DNA from: Octopus vulgaris
Lineage: Eukaryota
Direction: 5' to 3'
Assembly (NCBI GenBank): GCA_951406725.2
Contig: OX597835.1
Location: 46,128,001 to 46,192,000 of the forward strand
Length of the DNA: 64,000 bases
Part shown: piece after piece, positions 53,020 to 64,000 of the stretch
Layout: each line of letters opens with the position of its first letter
Position numbering within the stretch: position 1 is the stretch's first letter
The notes under the pieces: model-generated
Seen by the model: only the letters and a program-made list of their open reading frames with translations
Database searches by the model: none
Told to the model about the DNA's origin: nothing
Program-made: the position numbers and the translations under genes

Positions 53020-55115
53020 TCATCAAAAAATTGGCAACTGGGAGGCCCCGGGACCAGATGGAGTTCAAGGCTACTGGATCAAAATAATTTGTGAATGTCA
53101 TGCAAGAATAGCTGCACAAACCGACACCTTGTTAAATTCCGACTAAGTAACATCAGAGTGGTAGGACAGTGCGGTACTTGAAAAGCATCGAAAAAAGCAA
53201 TACGGTAGACAATTACAGACCTACATCCTGCTTCGAAAAAATGGAGTCCTGCCACATGAGACGAATGGTTGCAAGAGGAAGTGCAGATGCACCAAGCATC
53301 AAACTCGTAGTGGACAAAACTGCAACTTAGAGAGAGCAATAGGAGGAAAATTAGCTTAACCATGTCATGGATCAATTATCGTAAGGGGTATGATATGATC
53401 CCGCATTCTTGGATTATGGAGTGTATGAACCTATTTCGTATTGCATCGTGTGTTGAGCGATTACTTTGAAAAAGTATGGCGAAATGGAGGACAGAACTGA
53501 CAGCATATAGAAGAGGTTTAGGGATAATAGAAGACAGGAGAGGCATCTTCCAATGGGATTTCTTGTCGCCACCACTGTTCCTTGTACTGCGCATGATAAT
53601 ACTAACACTGATTCTGAGGAAAGCAAAGGCTGGGTATGGATTCAAAAGCCAAACAAAAAGTCAACCACTTGTATTTCACTGACCCCCTCAAACTTTATGG
53701 TAAAGATGAATCCCAAGTCAGTTTCCTCGTTAATACGGTACATACATTAAGTTTTGAAGACGTGTGATGTGCTAGTCTTGAAGAAGTAAAAAAATTAATG
53801 TATGGACGGGCAAACGATACTGTCGGGGGAGGTTATGAAGCAGGTGGGAGAGACGGGCTATAAGTACTTGAGGCTATTGGAAATGGATAAATTGATAGCG
53901 AAAGAAATGACAGAAAATTTAAGGTGGAGTACTTGCGCAGACTGAGACTGATCCTTAAGTCGAAATAAAACGTACGGAATAAGATCGAAGCAATCAACAT
54001 CTGGGCGATTTCAGTCCATAGATATGGAGCAGGGGTAAATGCAAGGACAGTTGACGAACTAAACAGCTTAGACAGAAAGACAATGAAACTGTTGCCTAGA
54101 TATGGGATACTCCACACAAAAAGAGGCTCACATAGACTGTAAGAAAAAGAGGGGGAAGAGGAGTGATTGGATGCGAAAACAGCATTAGAGCAGGAGAAAA
54201 TAACATAGCATGGTATGTAAAAATGCCACGGAACCGTTATTACTGGAAGCAAGAAGGCCAGGCTTATGTAGGATTGAAGATTGCTAATATAAAGCACTGT
54301 ACAAGGACCTGATAATGAATGAACTGAAAATAGGTGGATAAAGAAAAGGAAGCATGGACAATTTCATAGGGACAGTCAGAGAAAAATGATGGCTATGGAT
54401 AAGTGAAATGATTTAAAACCGGAAAGGGATGCTCTGATCTGTGCTGCCCAAGATCAAGCATTAAGAATCAATTACAACCAATACAGAGTGGACAACACAT
54501 CAGAAAGTGATAAGTGCATAATTTGTGGACGAAATCGTGAAGCTGATTACCAGTCACTATATGCCACTAGCACAGGAAGAATATATGAGACGTCATGACA
54601 TAGCAAGGATTGTCCATTGGACAGTTTACAACAAGTATGGACTTGAGAGAACAAAAAACTGGTACGAACATAAACCCTAAGCCATCATCGAAAATGATAA
54701 TGCAAAGACCCTAATGGATTTTATGATTCAGTGCGACCATGAGATAGAGAAAAGGAAACCAGACATAGTGTTAATTGAGAAAAAAAGCAAACGCTGCTGG
54801 ATCTTGATAACAAGGTATGCGATAAGGAAGAAAGAAAAGTCGATAGATATGACAGGTTATCTTGGGAGGTAAAGCCGTGTGGTCCATGAAAAAGGTGATA
54901 GTAGTACCAATAATTGTCGGAGACCTGGGAATAGTGTGTAAGATTCTTGAGGAGTACATGGAAGAAATACAGGCTGCAATAAGCGTGGAGCACCTACAGA
55001 AAATAGCACTGCTTGGAACCGGTCGAAATACTCCTTAGACCATAGTTCACTGATTGTGAACAGCTGACACCGTAGTACATCTCCAGCGTTAGAAGCTATG
55101 CAAAGACAATAAAAT
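53020..55115 (+). mobile_element. Decayed R4/Dong-clade LINE (RT, Zn knuckle, restriction-like endonuclease)
   Basis: GPDGVQGYWIK, WINYRKGYDMIPHSW, RGIFQWDFLSP, CIICG, RRHD, KRKPDIVLIEK, LQKIALLGTG; (TAA)n tail. Confidence 0.9.
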
Positions 55116-55122
55116 AATGATG

Positions 55123-55210
<88 letters not shown>

Positions 55211-55307
55211 GGTGTACCCTTATCAGACGTGTAGTCATGATGGGTATATTGGGCTTCGTATATTTTACGCCAGTGTCACTTTGATGGCATGAACTGCTCT
55301 CTCACTC

Positions 55308-55310
<3 letters not shown>
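55211..55310 (+). mobile_element. ~100-bp retroelement 3' end between TAA tracts
   Basis: Unique sequence bounded by (TAA)n on both sides; family not identified. Confidence 0.45.
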
Positions 55311-55372
<62 letters not shown>

Positions 55373-55375
<3 letters not shown>

Positions 55376-56095
55376 AGCATTCTGGACTAATCGGATAAAA
55401 GCGAAGATAGACAAAAAATTAGGTAGGTTCCCAATGTAGGTTATGCAAATGTAAAGAGGGGCGTGTTACTCATATAATGAGTGAACGCAGCGTGCTGGCA
55501 CAGAAAGAATATAAGAAAACGCATGGAGAGTAATACACTGGTAGTTATGTAGAAAGCTAGGATTTGAACCTAAATGGTTTGAACGTGAACCTAGTAGAGT
55601 ACGTGAAAGTAAGAAATACAAGATGTTGTTGGACTTTAACAGTCATATTAACAGAGTAAAAGAAGCTAGAACGCCTGAGTTGGTAGTAATAGATGAAGAG
55701 AATAGCAAGAGCCAAACTATTGACTTTACAGTCCCAAATGATGAAAACATTAATATGAAACATTAATATTAATATGAGACACATTGATATAGACAAAATA
55801 GCAAAGAACCAGGACCTAACTATTGAATAAAAGAAACTATGGAGAGTGCGGGTAAAATGTATCCTTGTAATTATAGGTGCATTGGGAACTATCCCAAAAG
55901 ATTTGAACAGATGGATAGAAGAAATAGGCATAAAACCCAGTTTAGTTCAGCTGCAGGAAAACAGTGTTATTAGGGACAGCTAAGATAATTATGAGGGCTC
56001 TTGGAATCTAAGGTTACGTGTCGTAGCCCAATGTTAGGATTTCTCCTTTTGCAATAGTCTAATCAGCTGTGTCTATATGAAAATAAAGATAAAGA
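55373..56095 (+). mobile_element. Second R4/Dong 3' fragment (different subfamily)
   Basis: TNRIKAKIDK, RLCKCKE, PELVVIDEE, VIIGALGTIPK, TVLLGTAKII; TAA tail. Confidence 0.85.
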
Positions 56096-56097
56096 TG

Positions 56098-56290
<193 letters not shown>

Positions 56291-56706
56291 TGCCCTGATG
56301 CAGTACCAGGCAGTGGCTCGTATGGCTTCTGAACTTAACTGATTGGAAGTGTTATCTTGTACGTTGTTTTGGGCTAACAGCAAATATTCTGCTCAATACC
56401 ACAGATTTGCTTGTCAGTTGATTGACCTTAACCAGTTGAGCATGTCCCTTAGTAGGTGACGATATGTGCATGTTATCATAGTAATTTTATCATAGTACAT
56501 AGTAGCATCTTCTGATGGCCACAAGTTCAAGGCTGAAACATATAAAACAATAAAAGAATATGTGTGTGCGTGTGTCTGTGTGTGTATATGCATACAAAAC
56601 ATACATCCACTAAACACCTAAACACACACATACATACATAGATATTTGTATAAGTATGCATACGATATATATATATATATATACATAAATAGGATATATA
56701 TATATG

Positions 56707-56772
<66 letters not shown>

Positions 56773-57138
56773 TATAACACGCATACTGTCTTCACAAACA
56801 TCGAATACATGGAGACAGCAGGCAAACACGGCCTCCGGTAAGTCACAGCAATCGACTAGCAATAAGATACCATCATTTGATGTTTCTCAAAAGAGGCTTC
56901 CATGTTCTGTGATGACATTTCCAAACAAACAATGGATGAAATATTTCTTGGAATGCTTCTACACAAGCTGAAAAGACTTTGAAGGAAACGCTGGTTCCCT
57001 GCAAGAAAATAGCAACACAAAGACCTTCCTTGGGGTTTCATCTAACCCGTAGATGTATTCATTTCGAAACATTGTCTGTGTCTCTATCATTTCCTGTTTG
57101 CTGCCTTCATATGTCTGCCCTTTCATTCCCTTATTTTT

Positions 57139-57450
<312 letters not shown>

Positions 57451-57743
57451 TTACCTGTCTGTATGCTGTGTATCTCTATTCGTATCAGTATATCGATCTA
57501 GAGTTATATGCCTCTCGCATTTTGTATCTCACTCTTTAATGAATATATACATATACACGCGTTACCAAATGTACACGCATACACACACACACACAGAAAG
57601 GCACACACACACAGAAAGGCACACACACACAGAGAATCTTACGAATCTGTACATGCCTAAATCTATGACTGCATTTAAAGCACACGCGTTTCCGTGTGTG
57701 TATGTGCGCATGTATTTGAGTTTCTTTGTTTGTTGTGTGTGTG

Positions 57744-57801
<58 letters not shown>

Positions 57802-58279
57802 CGTGTGTGTATGTTTGTTTGTTCAATGGAAAGATGTAAATCAAGACGAGACAATCTCCGGGATGACACGTAAGTATATGTAAATGGAGACACACGCATC
57901 CCAATATCCATATAACTATATATCTCTCTCTATATATATATATATATATATTTATATATGTTCATACAACATAGACACACACACACACACACATATGTGT
58001 ATATACGTTTGTAAACATAGCGAACAAAATCAATAAATAGATAGATAGATTGAAATAGATATACTTATAAGTAACGTAGCTATATTGACAAAAGTCTTTG
58101 TGTTGAAAATCTATAATTAAATAAACAACCATGTTGTACTGCATTTCATGTTTTGGCACACACACCTACATACACACAGGTATGTTAGGGTCTTTATAAA
58201 TGAGATGATATCAGTCAAGAGAAACAGGAATCATAGGTCACCACGTGTGAATGTGTATATGTAAACATACGGTTGTAAG

Positions 58280-58358
<79 letters not shown>

Positions 58359-58618
58359 GTATTTATATATATGTATATATATGTGTGTGTGCGTGTTTGC
58401 ATGTATAGACAGACATCCTGTTAAGGAGGAAGAGAGAGAGGTGCGCTCAGATATTTCTTTGTTGACACTGAGGTTATACCATCACAGACATGTGGTAGAG
58501 AGGAAAATTTGGAAAGAATCCGTATATAAAGATAGGAAGAAATGAAGATTATAGTAATAACGATGATAATAGTTATTATTATATCAACAACAACAACAAC
58601 AACAGTAGTAATAATATA

Positions 58619-58719
<101 letters not shown>

Positions 58720-58949
58720 CAACAACGAAGGGAGGCTTCTTACGAATTTACCCTGAAATCGGTCCGATATGGTAATAAAGGAACTTTTTAGAGATTTCTG
58801 CCGACTTTTTATCGAGTAGCGTGCGTATTGTGATAAATTATATGGTTATGGACAGGGTGTCTAATTTCGGCATATTTGGCATTAGAAATTTTTTTGTTTG
58901 CCCTTATTTATAAGTTGTATATATATATATCTTTCTTTGTATGAATACG

Positions 58950-59175
58950 TTTATGTGTATGTGGCTTTGTGTTTGTTCTGCATCACCGCTTGACAACCGA
59001 TGTTTGTGTGTTTACGCCTTCGTACCCTTGAGATTCAGCAAAAGAGGGTGATAGAATAAGTACTAGGCTGAAAATATAAATCCTGTGGGTTGAGTTGTCC
59101 CACTAAAATCTTTGAAGGCCATGCTCCAGCATGACCGCAAACAAATTAGTGAAACAAATAAAAGAATAAAGAAAT
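58950..59175 (+). mobile_element. SINE family A 3' half
   Basis: CGCTTGACAACCGATG..GATAGAATAAGTACTAGGC..CTCCAGCATG. Confidence 0.75.
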
Positions 59176-59621
59176 AATAGCGGATATATACATGTAGAGG
59201 TGGAAAGTGTTCTTCGTACGGCGACCAACGATGGCAAAACTCTTTATAAGTTTTGTCATTTCAATCCAACTTTTTCCTCCATACCACAAATGTTTTGGAA
59301 GAAATCTTTAAAAAGTTCATATAGTTTTATTTAAAAGTCTTTAAATGTTGGTACAGCAAAAAACGTTTGCTTGAGGATTCTCAAGCATACAGGATCAATA
59401 GCAGACAAACGAATGATTTATGCGTAAACTTCCCATGAATGCTGGCCAAAGCTGATAGTGTATCAGTTGAAATGTATATTGTTTTATTGTTCACTCATTA
59501 TTTATCACGTTATGAGGAATAAATAATTTCTTCCCTAGCGGGTAGGATGAAATATGTTTCTTCGTCTATAAACGTATCTATTCCATGTACATATAGCAAA
59601 ACACAACACGAATAAAGATGA

Positions 59622-59655
<34 letters not shown>

Positions 59656-59714
59656 AAGAGTATATTAATTAACCAAAATTCAGAGAAGTAAAAGATAAAA
59701 TATTTATTTTCCAC

Positions 59715-59782
59715 CCATTAACGTTCTGACGAGAACTCTATATGTATTTTTATATACACGTTACGAAACAGTTAACATATGG
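59715..59782 (+). ncRNA. Type-I minimal hammerhead candidate with intact core
   Basis: CCAT..GTT-CTGACGA-GAAC...GTTAC-GAAAC-A-GT-T-AAC..ATGG. Confidence 0.65.
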
Positions 59783-59877
59783 TACAATTATATTACCTCT
59801 CACATCTCTGAACTTAGGTTAATTATTATATACTCTCTACAACTGTAATTCAAGGATTATGAAATACGAAAACAAAT

Positions 59878-60051
59878 GTGGCCGGTGCGGAGGGTCGTGT
59901 TAGACAGGTAAGGGCAAGTGCCGCAGCGTGGGCGGGAGCAGGAGGACGAGCAGGCTTGGGAGGTTGGGTTAGGGAAGAAGCTGTGGACCAAGAGGTCTCG
60001 TTTGAAGGAGGGAGGAGTCAACCAGGGAAGATGTGCGAAGTGGAGAGGTCA
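59878..60051 (-). pseudogene. Penelope-like (Neptune-type) ORF fragment
   Basis: Minus strand [29 protein letters not shown], the cysteine motif lying between RT and GIY-YIG in Neptune-type PLEs. Confidence 0.75.
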
Positions 60052-60055
60052 GATA

Positions 60056-60130
<75 letters not shown>

Positions 60131-60574
60131 GTGTCTGGGGGGGATCTGTGTGTGCATGTGTGTGTGTATATATATATATATATATGGGTGCGTGTGTATT
60201 TATATATATATGGTCTTTGTCTACTCCTTATGCAGAGTTTGACCACCTCCTGTACGTCTACACCTTAGGCCCACCATGGCATCTGATGTGGCTTTTCAAA
60301 CCAGACATTGTTTTGAAAAGACACCCACATAGGTTGCATATCCGATTCGGACCAGCAAGAGCTGCGGATAAGAGAGTGGATAGAGCGAGTTAGATACATA
60401 GATAGATAGATACAAACATACATGCATACATGCATGGATACATACATACATACATACATACATACATACATACATACATACATACATGCATGCATACATA
60501 CATAAATGCATGCATACATACACATATATACAAATGCATATGTATGTATATATGGATGTGTGTATGTATGTATA

Positions 60575-60835
60575 TGTATGTGCAGATTTGTATCTTTTGT
60601 TTTATGTATGTATTCTCGATATGCTTATATATATATATTTAAATGATAAACTTCTGGAAATTTTTACAGATTTTTACAGTTCCAGTTTTAGACTGGATCT
60701 GTAGTTTTCGAATTTGCTTTCTCTTTTCTTGTTTAGAGAAGCCTAATTTCTCAAGATTGGTATTTAGGTAGTGTGTTACATATCCCAGTACCCCAATAAT
60801 TACAGGTATAAACCTGAAGTTGTAATCTGAATAGT
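60575..60835 (-). mobile_element. 3' end of a restriction-like-endonuclease LINE in (TACA)n
   Basis: DYNFRFIPVIIGVLGYV..LEKLGF..KLQIQSKTGTVKICKNF*; TACA-type repeats on both sides. Confidence 0.65.
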
Positions 60836-62192
60836 TTATGTATGCATGCATGTATGTATGTATGAATGTATGTGTGTGTATATATGTATGTATGCATGTA
60901 TATATGTATGTACGTATGTATGCATGTATGTATATATGCATGTATGTATGCATGTATGTATATATGCATGTATGTATGCATGTATGTATATATGCATGTA
61001 TGTATGCATGTATGTATATATGCATGTATGTATGCATGTATGTATGTATGTATATATGTATGTATGCATGCATGTATGTATGTATGCATGTGTGTATTTG
61101 GTCGATTTTAGCGCGCTCGAAAAATTGATAGAGTGACTATAGGCATGACTAGATAATGTCAAGTGTATTTCATGTGTATCAGATTTAAAATTTGCCTAAT
61201 GTCTTCTTGCAATCCCATGATATATAAAATCCTTTATATATAGCACAATGCGTATAAACCAAAGTAATAACCACACGCCATTATGAGCATTATAATAGAA
61301 ATGAAAAGTTTGGCACGCCAAACTGTAATGATTCGCGATTTATTAATTTTGCGGTCGAGACAATGTACAATATCACTTCTAAGCTATAATAAAAGAGGCA
61401 GAGATTTTTTGAAATCCTCATAGCGCATGTTATGGGAAATCAGGATTTATTGGCGTTTTTAAACTTAAGATTATGGTACAGTGGTGGTTAGTGTGAAGAT
61501 TATCTGTAAGACAGAATTCGCAGCACGTCCTGCCTTTCTTAATAGTTTTTATGTTATTTAAGTCTGTTCATAAGACGTTCGTGATTTCTTGTGTGTGTTT
61601 TTGATTTTCGACGGCAAACCACACGGACATCAAGTTTAAACTAATCTCAAAATGTAATAACTTTCTCAAGAAACCCAGCAGTATCCGTACGTAGACGAAT
61701 ATCCAATTCAGCTATCTCAACAATACTAGCAAATGGACAGGTAACATACCTAGAACACCACGGTTGACACCTTAATGGAACCGTTTTATATATTGATGTA
61801 ATGCACCATATATATGGATGTAGTGCACGTCGATTGTTTAATAGGCACCGGTGCCTATTACATAGTCCACGACTTGTTACAATAGAGCATTTACTAACAG
61901 CATCTAACAGTCCGAATATGTTATGAAAAACTTTTCATGATTTAAACCAACATTCAACATTGGTATTAATAGATTGATACTCTTGGTAATCATATTTTAC
62001 TTCTAATCGGAACGCATGTCAAAATACAAGTCAAAATATTTTGCTCGACAAATATATTATTTAAAGGAGTCATTGATCTACGAAAAGTACGAAATGAAAT
62101 GCGTTAATATAACAAACAACAGTTCTATATACAGTTCTATATTTAAGATATGAGGAATTATGTACCTTATTTACATTACACCATATACCCAC

Positions 62193-62453
62193 GGGCATAT
62201 GGCATAGTGGTTAAGAGCGCGGGCTACTAGCCCCAATATTCCAAGTTCGATTTCTGACAGTCAACTGAATAATAATAATAATAATAACAACAACACCAAC
62301 AACATCGAAAATTGCCTTAGGAATGAGAAACCAGGTTCAAAATCTACCTCAAAACACCTGCTAATGGTTGGAGGGTACATCAGCCGAAATATTGTGTTAA
62401 CAACAAAAAAGATGAGAACAAATATCCGTCAAATGTAAATAATGTTTATAATG
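62193..62453 (+). mobile_element. tRNA-headed SINE-like element with hammerhead-derived tail
   Basis: A-box TGGCATAGTGG, B-box AGTTCGATTTC; AACAC-CTGCTAA-T-GGTTG..CAGCC-GAAA-TA-TT-GTGTT at 62353-62398. Confidence 0.7.
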
Positions 62454-62474
62454 TAAAGCAAAGAGTGCCGGATA

Positions 62475-63301
62475 TAAGGGTACCTAAAAATAACCGGAAA
62501 CGTTCTCAGTGGGAAAAGCCTGTGATAGTTCAGGTTTTCACCTCTAGAAGCCACTTGATGCAACCCCCAGGCATCAGTCTGCCGGCAGGCGTTGTTGTAT
62601 TGCGACGTTCTGCCACTTGGTGCTTCTTTATTTTGCAGTGCCTCTCCCCTGTTCGTAGATTTTTGTATCCCTGAAACGAAAGAACAACGTGCTTCTGTGA
62701 AATTCTGTTTTCTACTGCGGAAATGTGTGGCCGAAACAGTTGTCATGCTTCAAACTGCTTACGAGGACACGTGATCATGACACAAGTCTGCGAGTGGTTT
62801 TCACGCTTTAAAGATGGTCACTTGTCGCATGAGGATCAACCTCGTTCAGGACGACCGTCGAACTCTCGAAGAAATGAAAACATCATGAATATTCATGAAC
62901 TTATCTTGTAGAACTGTCACCGAACAATTGACGAACTTGATATGACTGGTGTGTTCTGGAGCTCTTGCCAACGAATTTTGAGCGGGGAATTGCTAATGAA
63001 AAGGAGTAGCAGCAAAATCTGTGTCTCGCTTACTCACGTAAGACCAAAAGCAGTCAATTGTGACAAAAGCTGGTGCTACGGATTTGCTAATGTGGAACAG
63101 GGGAAGATAAATAAAAACCGAGGCGTTAAAAGGCTTCATTTCGCAAGAGTTCCAGCAGTGCTACGAACAGCGGAAAAAGCGTCTGGACCGACGCATTGCT
63201 TCAAATGGAGAACATTTTGAAGACGATAAAAGTGTAAACATGAAAATCTAAGCGAATAGAATAATAGAGCAAAATTCCGTTTTCTTTTGGGTACCCCCTC
63301 A
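62475..63301 (+). mobile_element. Internally deleted mariner transposon
   Basis: TA-flanked TIRs (GGGTACCTAAAAATAACCGGAA / TTCCGTTTTCTTTTGGGTACCC); EQRASVKFCF, EWFSRFKDG..EDQPRSGRP, DKSWCYG. Confidence 0.88.
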
Positions 63302-63671
63302 TATATATTTGTTAAAATATAGAATGCCACTTCTCAAATGTCAAACGTCTGGAGAAAAGAGCACGTTAACTTCTACGGCAAGTTACATAGGCCTCATAGA
63401 GTGCTCTTTCAAGATACGCTTGCATCAACTCAACACCCTGGTGAGCAGTTATAGTATGTGTGCGTGTGTGAGTTTATGTGTGAGGACTTGTGTGTGTTTG
63501 AGTGTATGTGTGTGTATGTACGTATGTTTGAGTATGTGTGTGTATCTCTGTGTGACTGTGTGTGTGAGAGTGCATACTGGACGGAGACTTGCTCATTTTT
63601 CATGCAATATACTTTTCTTGGAAATTTGAGGACAAATACCATACAATAATACGACACTGTGGAGTCGGAGT

Positions 63672-63809
63672 CGTCGTCTTCTTCTTCTTCTTCTTCTTCT
63701 TCTTCTTCTTCTTCTTCTTCTTCTTCTTCTTCTTCTTCTACAACTTCTTCTCCTCCCCCTCTGCATCCGCATCCTCCTCATCGTCATCCCCCTCCTCCTC
63801 CTCCTCTTC

Positions 63810-63841
<32 letters not shown>

Positions 63842-63875
63842 GCTGCTGCTGATGCTGCTACTACTACAACTACAG
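63672..63875. repeat. Compound (TTC)(TCC)(CTA)(CTG) microsatellite
   Basis: Direct inspection. Confidence 0.95.
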
Positions 63876-64000
63876 ATATTTCATCTTTTTTTTAAAAATA
63901 TTCTAATTACGTTAGTAACCAATATGTACTATACATACATACACATACATACAAAACACACACACACATATATATATATATGTATATGTATGTATGTATA

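Noticed and set aside
56790-57080. Possible RTE C-terminal relic on the minus strand
   Set aside because: Similarity too weak to support by eye.

Overview
AT-rich, microsatellite-saturated eukaryotic non-coding DNA (intergenic or intronic). The SINE families and repeat texture look like an Octopus/coleoid cephalopod genome; this is inferred, not verified. No intact host gene or transposon ORF is supportable, and the long ORFs in the track are microsatellite artefacts. The window is a mosaic of several tRNA-derived SINE families, decayed RTE, CR1 and R4/Dong LINEs, two Tc1/mariner-superfamily relics, a non-autonomous Helitron, a MITE and Penelope-like (PLE) remnants. Main observations: (1) A 73-nt motif in a TA-embedded repeat (12392-12464, 32571-32643, inverted duplicate 31060-31132) holds all hammerhead core elements in a non-circularly permuted order (UH, GAAA, CUGANGA), with a kink-turn in stem III and four compensatory base-pair changes between two ~73% identical copies. 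(2) Several minimal type-I hammerhead motifs, one in the tail of a tRNA-headed SINE, and an HDV-like fold at the 5' end of a bipartite RTE derivative. (3) A microhomology-joined multi-template insertion at 30.3-31.8 kb, partly copied from a nested palindrome at 38.6-38.9 kb. All structures were folded by eye and none is experimentally validated.
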